This document shows positions 1-8,476 of a DNA stretch of 64,000 bases, in pieces (positions within the stretch are counted from its first letter, which is position 1; every line of letters begins with the position of its first letter). Source of the stretch: an uncultured Verrucomicrobiota bacterium (lineage in GTDB: Bacteria > Verrucomicrobiota > Verrucomicrobiia > Limisphaerales > MWDV01); NCBI GenBank assembly GCA_964548925.1, contig CAZJTM010000003.1, forward strand, positions 16,155 to 80,154, in the 5' to 3' direction. The notes under the pieces were generated by a model, which was not told the origin of the DNA, searched no databases, and worked only from the letters and a program-made list of their open reading frames with translations. The translations under genes and the position numbers were made by a program.

Positions 1-1
1 G

Positions 2-949
2 CCCGAAGGCGCGCCCACCGCAGCGGGTGTCCCGGTGCTGACCCCGCGGGGGGTGCGCGAATTGCGTCCGGCGGCGGACATTCGCCACGTGGACTTCCGG
101 CAATCCGGGTTTCTCGCCCCGAGCGAGCTGCGCCGCATCCGCTTGCGCCACGAGCAACTCGTCCGCTCGATGGCGGCGCGGTTGGCCATCTTTCTCCGGC
201 TTGAATTCACGATCGAACTGGGCAAGCTCCAGATCGTCGGGTATCAGAAGTTCATCGAGGGGTTGCCGAGCCCGACGCATATCACCCTGTTCAAGACGGA
301 TCCCTTGAAGGGCGTGGGTCTGCTGGTCATCCCGCCACGGCTCGGGTTGAGCCTGGTGGATCGGCTGCTCGGAGGCTCGGGCCAGAAGTCCGACCAGAAC
401 CGCGACCTCAGCGAATTGGAAACCGCGCTCTGCGACCAGGCCGCCATGATCGTGCTGAGCGAATGGTGCGGGCACTGGCACGAGATGCGCGATCTCCGCC
501 CGGCCATTCTCGGCCATGAGAGCAACAGCCGCTTTCTCCAAACCGCCCCCGCCGACACCGCGATGTTGATCATCACGCTCAACGCCGGCATGGGCGACTC
601 CCTCCAACCGGTTCACCTCGCCTTCCCTTACGCCACGATCGAGCCGCTGGTGCGCCTGCTCTGCCCGGTCGGCCTCCCGCATGCGGAGAGTTCTCCCGCC
701 GCGGGCGCGCGCCCGAAATGGAATCCCGAATTCGACGGCGTGCCCGTGCCGTTGACCGCGGAATGGAAGGGGCTGAAGCTCTCCGCCGGCGACATCACGC
801 GCCTGAAGCCGGGCGATGTGCTGATGCTCGATCCCGCGTGCGCCGCGCAGGTGGAACTGCGTCTGAGCCACGTCACCAAGTTTCTGGGCCGCCCCGGCAC
901 CCGCGGCGGCCGATGGGCCGTGCAATTGACCGCGCCCACGCCCGGATGA
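2..949 (+). CDS. fliM: Flagellar motor switch protein FliM (5' partial, frame open to window edge)
   Basis: Track ORF 35..949 starts at a GTG, but the frame continues upstream without a stop. It contains the FliM-like segment DFRQSGFL..SELRRIRLRHE and the LLGGSG loop. fliN follows directly. Confidence 0.85.
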   Translation, partial: PEGAPTAAGVPVLTPRGVRELRPAADIRHVDFRQSGFLAPSELRRIRLRHEQLVRSMAARLAIFLRLEFTIELGKLQIVGYQKFIEGLPSPTHITLFKTDPLKGVGLLVIPPRLGLSLVDRLLGGSGQKSDQNRDLSELETALCDQAAMIVLSEWCGHWHEMRDLRPAILGHESNSRFLQTAPADTAMLIITLNAGMGDSLQPVHLAFPYATIEPLVRLLCPVGLPHAESSPAAGARPKWNPEFDGVPVPLTAEWKGLKLSAGDITRLKPGDVLMLDPACAAQVELRLSHVTKFLGRPGTRGGRWAVQLTAPTPG

Positions 950-958
950 TCCCTTGCC

Positions 959-1228
959 ATGAACGCCACGCTCGAAACGCCCGCGAATTTGAACCTTGTT
1001 CTCGATGTGCCCGTGAGCCTGACCATCGAACTGGGCAGTTGCCAGATGCCAATGAAGGAAGTGCTCCAGCTCAACGTCGGCTCCGTCGTCCAGCTCGACA
1101 AAGCGGCCGATTCGCCCGTGGAGTTGAGCATTAACGGAAAGCTCATCGCCCGGGGTGAAGTCGTCGTCATCGAAGACCGCTTCGGGGTGAAGATCACCGA
1201 AGTGCTGGGCGGCGGCCTGCCCGCCTAA
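959..1228 (+). CDS. fliN: Flagellar motor switch protein FliN
   Basis: 89 aa with the SpoA/FliN C-terminal motif VGSVVQLDK..PVELSINGKLIARGEVVVIEDRFGVKITEV. It starts 9 nt after the fliM stop. Confidence 0.9.
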   Translation: MNATLETPANLNLVLDVPVSLTIELGSCQMPMKEVLQLNVGSVVQLDKAADSPVELSINGKLIARGEVVVIEDRFGVKITEVLGGGLPA

Positions 1229-1257
1229 GCCCCGGCCCGCGACCGGCATTGCCTCCC

Positions 1258-1722
1258 ATGAAACCGCGCTCCACTCGCTGCTGGTTCTGGACGCTCCTCC
1301 TACTGAGCGGCCTGGCCGCCAACGCGAGCGGGGCGCTGGAGGTGGGAACGAACGCCGCCGCGCTGCCGACCCCGCTGCCGGATGCCGGCGCGTCGTTGAT
1401 CCGGGTGTTCGGCGCGCTGGCGCTGGTCGTTGCGCTGTTCCTCGGCGGCGTCTGGCTATTTCGCAACTGGCAGCGTCTGACCTTGCGGCGGGGCGCCGCG
1501 CCGCGGTTGAACGTGCTCGAAGTGCGCTCGCTCGGCGGACGACACGCGCTTTATGTCGTGGGTTACGAGCAGGAGCGGTTTCTCCTGGCTTCCTCCCCCA
1601 GCGGCGTGAATCTCCTGAGCCATCTGCCCACCGCCGACGAAGTCGAGTCTCCCAACGCAGTTGAACCCGTGTCGCCGTCGTTTGCCGAGGCGCTCACGCA
1701 CGTCCTCCGAGGCCGGCGATGA
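1258..1722 (+). CDS. fliO: Flagellar biosynthesis protein FliO (start ATG 1258; track uses TTG 1249)
   Basis: One TM helix (LIRVFGALALVVALFLGGVWLF) is followed by the FliO-like segment LNVLEVRSLGGRHALYVV. The stop overlaps the fliP ATG (ATGA at 1719-1722). The gene sits in the canonical slot between fliN and fliP. Confidence 0.6.
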   Translation: MKPRSTRCWFWTLLLLSGLAANASGALEVGTNAAALPTPLPDAGASLIRVFGALALVVALFLGGVWLFRNWQRLTLRRGAAPRLNVLEVRSLGGRHALYVVGYEQERFLLASSPSGVNLLSHLPTADEVESPNAVEPVSPSFAEALTHVLRGRR

Positions 1723-2552
1723 ACGCGACCCCCACCCTCCAACATCGGATCTCACAACCCGCACGCCCGAGACACGCCGGGCGGTCGTCATTCGATGTTG
1801 GGTGTTGGGGGTTGCTGTTCCTCCTGTTGCTGGCCACCGCCGGCTCGGTGACGGCGCAAACGACGAATCTGACCACCGGCTTTGGCCCGGTACAGATCAC
1901 CCTCGGCGGTCAGCAGGGGCCGCAGGACGTGGATACCGGCATCAAGGTCCTGTTCGTCATCACGCTCTTGTCGCTCGCGCCGGGGATTCTGCTGCTGATG
2001 ACCTGCTTCACGCGGATCGTCATCGTCCTGTCGTTTGTGCGCACCGCGCTGCAATTGCAGGGGACGCCCGCCAACCAGATCATCGTCGGCCTGGCGCTGT
2101 TCATCACCTACTTCGTGATGGCCCCGGTGTGGGACAACATCCATCGCGAGGCGCTCGCGCCTTATCAGGCGCAGCAGATCAGCAGCGCGGAGGCGCTGGA
2201 ACGCACCTCCACGCAGGTGCGCACCTTCATGCTGCGGCAGGCCCGGCCGCGCGATGTCGAGCTCTTTGTCGCCATGGCCAAGCTCCCGCCCACCAAGCCG
2301 GAAGAACTGCCGCTGCGCGTCGTGATCCCCGGGTTCATCATCAGCGAACTGCGGACGGCGTTTCAAATGGGCTTCCTGATCTTTGTCCCCTTTATGCTGA
2401 TTGATCTCATCGTCGCGACCGTGCTGATGAGCATGGGCATGATGATGATGCCGCCGACGACATTCTCGCTGCCGCTCAAACTCCTCCTGTTCGTCCTGGT
2501 GGACGGCTGGGAGTTGGTGGTGCGGTCGTTGGTCCGCAGCTTTGGCATGTAA
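1719..2552 (+). CDS. fliP: Flagellar export apparatus protein FliP
   Basis: Strong FliP core: FTRIVIVLSFVRTALQLQGTPANQIIVGLALFITYFVMAPV and GFLIFVPFMLIDLIVATVLMSMGMMMMPP. Confidence 0.95.
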   Translation: MNATPTLQHRISQPARPRHAGRSSFDVGCWGLLFLLLLATAGSVTAQTTNLTTGFGPVQITLGGQQGPQDVDTGIKVLFVITLLSLAPGILLLMTCFTRIVIVLSFVRTALQLQGTPANQIIVGLALFITYFVMAPVWDNIHREALAPYQAQQISSAEALERTSTQVRTFMLRQARPRDVELFVAMAKLPPTKPEELPLRVVIPGFIISELRTAFQMGFLIFVPFMLIDLIVATVLMSMGMMMMPPTTFSLPLKLLLFVLVDGWELVVRSLVRSFGM

Positions 2553-2575
2553 CCTCAACCCTCATCGGAGTCACC

Positions 2576-2797
2576 ATGAAAACCCATCTCGCTCCACTGG
2601 ACATCGAAACCGATACCGGGCATCACGACTTGCGCCGGTATCGTGCCGAACACCGGGGCGGCGCCCGCCGCCGGACCAAACAGGCCTTGTCACATCTCTC
2701 CCACACCACCGCGCGGGGCTGGCCGTTCGCCGGCGAGGACGACACCGAAATCCTGCAATTGGCCGGCGCGCTGCCTGGGGACACCACCGTCGAGTAA
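2576..2797 (+). CDS. Hypothetical 73-aa protein in the fliP-fliQ gap
   Basis: This ORF fills most of an unusual 278-nt gap between fliP and fliQ. A GGAG lies 5 nt upstream of the ATG. No family was recognised. Confidence 0.25.
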   Translation: MKTHLAPLDIETDTGHHDLRRYRAEHRGGARRRTKQALSHLSHTTARGWPFAGEDDTEILQLAGALPGDTTVE

Positions 2798-2830
2798 CCG
2801 TCGCACAACCGCCTCCACTCTCCGACTGCC

Positions 2831-3100
2831 ATGAATCCCGAATTCGCCATCGAGCTTCTCAAAAACATGATGTACCAGGCGCTCACCGTGGCGTCCCCGT
2901 TTCTGGCCGCGGCCATGACCATCGGATTGTCCGTGAGCCTGTTTCAGGCGGTGACTTCCATTCATGAGCAAACGCTGACCTTCGTGCCCAAGGTGATTGG
3001 GATCGTGGGGGTGATGTTGGTGTCGCTGCCCTGGATCGTGCGCACGCTGGTGGAGTTCACCACGGCGGTCATCGAAAAGATGCCGCAGATGGTGCAGTGA
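2831..3100 (+). CDS. fliQ: Flagellar export apparatus protein FliQ
   Basis: 89 aa with two TM helices. FliQ-like sequence ASPFLAAAMTIGLSVSLFQAVTSIHEQTLTFVPK. Confidence 0.9.
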   Translation: MNPEFAIELLKNMMYQALTVASPFLAAAMTIGLSVSLFQAVTSIHEQTLTFVPKVIGIVGVMLVSLPWIVRTLVEFTTAVIEKMPQMVQ

Positions 3101-3185
3101 GGAAGAGCGCGGAATGAAGAACGCGCGGGGGGTGTCTCTACGCTCCCCTTTCCTCTCTCCCTGCTGCCCGCCTGGTCCGCTTTGA

Positions 3186-3950
3186 ATGGAACTGGATTTC
3201 TACAACTTCGCGCTGTGCTTCGTGCGCCTCGGGGCGTTTCTCTATGTGCTGCCGTTCTTCTCGGCCACGAACTTCCCGCACACGCTTCGGATTGCCCTCG
3301 GGTTGCTGACGGCGATGCTGTTGGCCCCGACGCTGCCACCGGTCGCGGTGGGGCAGGCGTCGGTCTTCGGGTTGCTGGGGATGCTGGCGCAGGAGGTGAG
3401 CATCGGCCTGCTGCTGGGCTTTGTCGCGCGCATGGTGTTCTACGCAGCGGACCTGGCGGGCGGCATCATTGCCACGGAAATCGGGCTGAACATGGGCACG
3501 ATTATGAATCCGCTCAACCGATCCGCCTCGCCCATCCCGGGCACAATCCTGTTCTTCCTCGCGGCCGTCGTGATGCTGACGCTGGACCTGCACCACTGGA
3601 TCTTGGCGGGCTTCCAGCAGACCTACCTGGTGTTGCCGGTGGGCGGGGCGCATCTGAACGAGACCTTGTTCCGAACCGTGCTGACGTCCACGAGCCGTAT
3701 CTTTGTGGTGGGCCTCCAAATCACCGCGCCCGTGATGGCCGTGTCGTTTGTGGTGACGCTGGTGTTCGCGGTGCTCAGCCGCGCGGTGCCGCAGATGAAC
3801 GTGTTCATCCTGAGTTTTTCCTTTCGGATCGTGGGCGGGTTGGCGGTGTTTGGGTTTACGCTGCACCTGACGGCCCAGCATGTGATGAACTACCTCCGCC
3901 GCCTGCCCGAGGACTTGATGGGACTGGCCCAGATTCTGGGCGCGGGCTGA
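3186..3950 (+). CDS. fliR: Flagellar export apparatus protein FliR
   Basis: 254-aa polytopic membrane protein in the canonical fliPQR position. FliR-like N terminus FVRLGAFLYVLPFF. Confidence 0.85.
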   Translation: MELDFYNFALCFVRLGAFLYVLPFFSATNFPHTLRIALGLLTAMLLAPTLPPVAVGQASVFGLLGMLAQEVSIGLLLGFVARMVFYAADLAGGIIATEIGLNMGTIMNPLNRSASPIPGTILFFLAAVVMLTLDLHHWILAGFQQTYLVLPVGGAHLNETLFRTVLTSTSRIFVVGLQITAPVMAVSFVVTLVFAVLSRAVPQMNVFILSFSFRIVGGLAVFGFTLHLTAQHVMNYLRRLPEDLMGLAQILGAG

Positions 3951-3966
3951 ACTTGAGTTACCCGCC

Positions 3967-5052
3967 ATGAGCGAACAAACCGGCGAGAAAACCGAACAAC
4001 CGACACCACGTCGGCTGGAAGAAGCGCTCAAGAAAGGCCAGATCGCGCGCAGCCCGGAGGTGCAGACGGCCTTCGTGCTGCTGGGTGGTTTGGGCGCCCT
4101 GTCGTTCACCGGCCGGGAGATTTGGAGTCAGCTTGTCGCGGCCACCACCACCTCGCTCGCGCATCTCCATGACACGCCCATTTCCCGCGACATGCTGCAA
4201 GGGTACGCCATTTCGGGCATGCTGCTGTTGCTGAAATGCACCGGGCCGGTGCTGTTGGGGACGTGTCTGGCGGGGCTGCTGGCGGGCACGATCCAGAACC
4301 GGTTCAACACCGCCTCCGAGGCGCTCACGCCGAACTGGAACCGGCTGAGTCCGGTGGAAGGCTTCAAACGGCTGTTCTCCGCCCGCATGATCATGCCCAC
4401 GGCCCTTTCGATGACGAAGCTGGGCATCATCATCGCGCTGACGTACTCGGAGGTGCGCAATATTCTGGACGATCCGATCTTCCGCACGTCGGTGGACATT
4501 GGTCGCATGGCGGGCTTCCTAGCGGGGGCAAGTTTGACAATCTTCCTGCGCGTGAGTCTGGCACTGCTGGTGGTGGCGGCGGCCGACTATAGTTACCAGT
4601 GGTGGCGGACGGCGCGGGACTTGATGATGACCAAGGAGGAGTTGAAGGAGGAAATGAAAAGCTCCGAAGGCAACCCGCAGGTGAAAGCCCGGCAACGCCG
4701 CCGGGGGCGCTCCGCCCGCAAGGCGCGCGAGCTGGCCGACGTGCCCAAAGCCGACGTGGTCCTCACGAACCCCACGCACATCGCCGTGGCCCTGCGCTAC
4801 GACCGCAAGACCATGCGCGCCCCGCAAGTCGTGGCGAAGGGCATCCGCCTGAATGCCCAGCGCATCCGCGAGATAGCGCGGCAACACCAAGTGCCCATCA
4901 TCGAGAACAAGCCCCTGGCGCGGATGCTCTTCAAGCACGGTCGCGTCGGCGGCGAGATCCCCGCGCAACTGTATGCGGCGGTTGCGGAGATTCTGGCGTG
5001 GGTTTATCGCGTGAACCGCTACCGCTATTACGCGGAACAGAACCAAGCCTGA
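3967..5052 (+). CDS. flhB: Flagellar export switch protein FlhB
   Basis: N terminus EKTEQPTPRRLEEALKKGQIARS, followed by TM segments. NPTH autocleavage site present (LTNPTHIAVAL). Confidence 0.95.
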   Translation: MSEQTGEKTEQPTPRRLEEALKKGQIARSPEVQTAFVLLGGLGALSFTGREIWSQLVAATTTSLAHLHDTPISRDMLQGYAISGMLLLLKCTGPVLLGTCLAGLLAGTIQNRFNTASEALTPNWNRLSPVEGFKRLFSARMIMPTALSMTKLGIIIALTYSEVRNILDDPIFRTSVDIGRMAGFLAGASLTIFLRVSLALLVVAAADYSYQWWRTARDLMMTKEELKEEMKSSEGNPQVKARQRRRGRSARKARELADVPKADVVLTNPTHIAVALRYDRKTMRAPQVVAKGIRLNAQRIREIARQHQVPIIENKPLARMLFKHGRVGGEIPAQLYAAVAEILAWVYRVNRYRYYAEQNQA

Positions 5053-5224
5053 CGAACAAGTCGCCGCGCTGGAGCCTCCCGACCTGCCGCCCTGCGGCGA
5101 AGTCTCGGTATTGGATGCGCCCGCCCGGAGGCTGCCGGCGCGTGGAGGGTAAGTGGGGTTAGCCGAACGCCGCCTGGTTGTTTGGCCTCGATGGTACGAA
5201 TTGGCAGGCGGGGGCGTCGCCAGT

Positions 5225-6715
5225 TCAAACCGGCCGGTGCTCTGCCGTCATCTGGCGCAAGGTCGTTTTGAGGATTTTTCCCGTGGCGTTCCGGGGCAGG
5301 GCTTCGACGAAAATGATCCGGCGCGGGAGCTTGTAGTCGGCCAGGCGCTGCTTGAGGAAGGTGAGAAGCTGCTTCTCGTCCAAGGTCGTTCCGTCCGCCG
5401 CCGCCACGTAGGCCAGCGGCTGCTCCCCTTTTCGCGCGTCATGCACCCCGATGACCGCCGCCTCCTTCACGCCGCCAAACTCGTACAGGACCTCCTCGAT
5501 CTCGCGGGGATAGACGTTGTTGCCGTTGACGAGCAGCATGTCCTTCTTGCGGTCGGTGATGTAGAAATAGCCTTCCGAATCCTGATAACCGACGTCGCCC
5601 GTGAGCAGCCAATCGCCGCGCATGGTTTTCGCGGTCGCCTCGGGTTGATTCCAATACCCCAGCATCACGTTGCCGCCGCGCACGCAAATCTCGCCGACGG
5701 TGTGATGGGGCAAGAGCTTGCCGTCGTCGTCCTGCACGCTGACTTCGACGTTGGGAATCGGCACCCCGATGGAACCGGGCTTGCGCCGGCCATCCAGCGG
5801 ATTCTTGGTGACCACCGGGCTGGCCTCGCTGAGGCCGTAGCCTTCGATCAGCGGGATGCCGAACTTCGTCTCGAAATCCTTGAGGACCTGCACCGGGAGC
5901 GGCGCCGCCCCGCTGATACAGGCGCGCAACGGCAGTGGCGGCTGGAGCGGGGAACTCACCATGCTGCGGTAAAACTGCGGGATGGCCGGCAAGATGGTGG
6001 CCTGGCGCTGCAAAATCTCCAACAGCGCGTTGCGTGGGGGATGCAACGAGCGCACCAACACAATGCTGCCTCCCACACTCAATGGCAGCAGCAACCCCAC
6101 CGTGAGCATGTAGCTGTGGAACATCGGCAGCAACACCGCAAACCGATCCGCGTTCACTGTGCGCAGCACCTGGCGGCAACTCTCCACGTTATGCAACAGG
6201 TTGCCGTGCGACAGCATCGCCCCCTTCGGCTTGCCCGTCGTGCCGGAGGTGTAAATGATGACCGCCAAATCCGATTCGCCGGCGGTTGACCCCGGAAACG
6301 CCGTCCCGGCTGGCAATGTCGGGAACGTCTCGACCAGCAACACCTGGAGCGACGGACGGGCCGCGACCAGTTTCGCCACCGCTTCATGCATGGACTTGTC
6401 CGTGATGAGCACGTTCGCGCCCGCGTCATTCAGAATGAAGCTCACTTCGTCCGGCTTGAGGAAGTTGTTGATCGGCACCACCACCGCGCCGGCTTGCAGG
6501 ATCCCAAACAAGGCGTCGAGAAACTCCGGGCAGTTCTTCAGCCACAGCCCCACACGGTCCCCGGGCTGGACCCCCAGCCGCCGCGTGAGATGCGCGGCGA
6601 CGGCGTTGGCCTGGCGCCACAACGCCGCGTAGGTGAATTCGTCCGGCCCCCAGAACACGGCAGTCTTCTCGGGCTGGTTGTGGACTGAGGCGGCAAAGGC
6701 GGTGGCCAGGTTCAT
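5225..6715 (-). CDS. AMP-dependent acyl-CoA synthetase/ligase (FadD-like)
   Basis: Adenylate-forming motifs YTSGTTGKPKG, EGYGLSE and TGDVGYQDSEGYFYITDRKKD. Confidence 0.9.
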   Translation of the reverse strand: MNLATAFAASVHNQPEKTAVFWGPDEFTYAALWRQANAVAAHLTRRLGVQPGDRVGLWLKNCPEFLDALFGILQAGAVVVPINNFLKPDEVSFILNDAGANVLITDKSMHEAVAKLVAARPSLQVLLVETFPTLPAGTAFPGSTAGESDLAVIIYTSGTTGKPKGAMLSHGNLLHNVESCRQVLRTVNADRFAVLLPMFHSYMLTVGLLLPLSVGGSIVLVRSLHPPRNALLEILQRQATILPAIPQFYRSMVSSPLQPPLPLRACISGAAPLPVQVLKDFETKFGIPLIEGYGLSEASPVVTKNPLDGRRKPGSIGVPIPNVEVSVQDDDGKLLPHHTVGEICVRGGNVMLGYWNQPEATAKTMRGDWLLTGDVGYQDSEGYFYITDRKKDMLLVNGNNVYPREIEEVLYEFGGVKEAAVIGVHDARKGEQPLAYVAAADGTTLDEKQLLTFLKQRLADYKLPRRIIFVEALPRNATGKILKTTLRQMTAEHRPV

Positions 6716-6985
6716 GCGCCGCTAACTATGGGCGAAAACCCCGGGTTGGCAAGCGGGCAATCGGCCAAGGCGGTCAAGCATCGCGGGAATCGCGGGAACC
6801 GTTCCCGCCGCGCCGCGCTTCCCGACACGCATTGCCTTCCGGGGAAACTGCGGGCGGTTCACGGAGTTGACGCTGGCTCCGGCGAGATTCCGGAGCGTTA
6901 CTGGTAAGCGGGGTTTCCGTGCGCCGTGCCACCGCAAGCCCTTGACGGGCGCAATCCGAAAACCCTGTTCCGCCGGAGGCGAGCC

Positions 6986-8476
6986 TTACTTCAAAACCGT
7001 CGTGGCGGTTTCCGCCCAGCGGAGCAGCGTGCCGGGAAAGAGGCCGAGCCAGAACATGCCCGCGATGCAGATCGCAATGGCTGCATGCATCGGGGCGGAG
7101 ACACAAATCCGTTCGCGTGGCGCCGCGTCCTTGCTCCAATAGATCGCGCGGATGACGCCGAAGTAGTAGTAAAGTGAGATCACCACACCTGCCAGCACCG
7201 TGAAGGCGAGGCAATAGTAGCCGGGGTTCGCCGGGCCCTGCAAAATGACCGCTTTGAGCAGAAGAAATTTTCCAAAGAATCCGGCGAGGGGCGGAATCCC
7301 GGCCAGCGAAACCATCGCCAGGGTCAAAGTGGCCGCGAGCAACGGTGAACGGTGGTTCAGACCCGCCAGACCGGAGACATCCTCCGAATCCAGATGCCGC
7401 ATCACAAGGGTGATGACTGTGAACGCCGCCAACACGGTGAACAGATAGCCGCTCAGGTAATAAAGCACCGCCGCGCCACCATCACTGGCCATCGGCCCTT
7501 TGCCATTGGCCATCGCGCCCGCAAACGCCGCCACGCCCAGCAGCACGTAGCCCGCGTGCGCGATGCTCGAATAGCCGAGCAGCCGCTTGAGGTTGCGTTG
7601 TGGCAGCGCACACAGATTGCCGTAGAGGATCGTGATGCCGGAAATGACGATGAGCAGATTCCGCCAGTCCGCCGTCACGTCCGGGATGGCGGAAAACAAA
7701 AAGCGTAGCAGCAACACGAACCCCGCGGCCTTCGAGCCAATGGCGAGGAACGCCGTCGTGGGCGTCGGCGCGCCCTGGTAAACATCCGGCGTCCAGAATT
7801 GAAATGGGAATGCGGCGATCTTGAAGCCGAGGCCGGCCAGGATGAATAGCACGCCGAACAAGAAAACCCTGTTGTTGGCAGCGGCAAACCTTCCCGAAAC
7901 CATCGCCAGTTCGCTGAAGTTGAACTTGCCCGTCGTTCCCCAAACCAGCGCAATGCCATACACCATGAACGCCGACGACAGCGCGCCCAGGATCAGGTAT
8001 TTCACGCCGGCTTCCAAAGAGAGAACTTTGCCGCGCGTGAAGCTGGTCAGCACATAAAACGTCACGGTGATCAGTTCGATGGACACAAACAGCAGCGCGA
8101 AGTCGTTGGCCGACGCGGCGAACAGCATTCCGGCCAGTGCGAAGATGATGAGCGCGTAGTATTCGGAAATGCCGGCGGCGACCCGGTCAGAAAACTCCAC
8201 AGCCATGACCAGCACGAGCACCGCCGCCAGCAGGAAGAGGCGCTTGAAAAAGACGCTCAGGGCATCCTGGACGAACATTCCGCCAAACGCCGACTGCCCC
8301 AACGAGGCGCAACTGCAATGGCCGGTGAAGGTGTTGACAAGCAGCAACGTCAGCGCGGCGGCGGCGGCGTAGCCGAGCATCCGCTTGCGTTCCGCCGGCA
8401 GCCACAAATCCGCCAGCAGCACCACCAAGCCAAGGGCCACGACCGAGATTTCCAATGACATCAATGAGAGGTTCAT
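6986..8476 (-). CDS. nuoN: NADH-quinone oxidoreductase subunit N
   Basis: 496-aa polytopic antiporter-like subunit and last gene of the nuo series. Its ATG overlaps the nuoM stop (ATGA at 8473-8476). Confidence 0.9.
   Translation of the reverse strand: MNLSLMSLEISVVALGLVVLLADLWLPAERKRMLGYAAAAALTLLLVNTFTGHCSCASLGQSAFGGMFVQDALSVFFKRLFLLAAVLVLVMAVEFSDRVAAGISEYYALIIFALAGMLFAASANDFALLFVSIELITVTFYVLTSFTRGKVLSLEAGVKYLILGALSSAFMVYGIALVWGTTGKFNFSELAMVSGRFAAANNRVFLFGVLFILAGLGFKIAAFPFQFWTPDVYQGAPTPTTAFLAIGSKAAGFVLLLRFLFSAIPDVTADWRNLLIVISGITILYGNLCALPQRNLKRLLGYSSIAHAGYVLLGVAAFAGAMANGKGPMASDGGAAVLYYLSGYLFTVLAAFTVITLVMRHLDSEDVSGLAGLNHRSPLLAATLTLAMVSLAGIPPLAGFFGKFLLLKAVILQGPANPGYYCLAFTVLAGVVISLYYYFGVIRAIYWSKDAAPRERICVSAPMHAAIAICIAGMFWLGLFPGTLLRWAETATTVLK

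Noticed and set aside
5153-6289. 378-aa plus-strand ORF overlapping the acyl-CoA ligase
   Set aside because: It is an antisense shadow. The minus frame contains the full set of adenylate-forming enzyme motifs.
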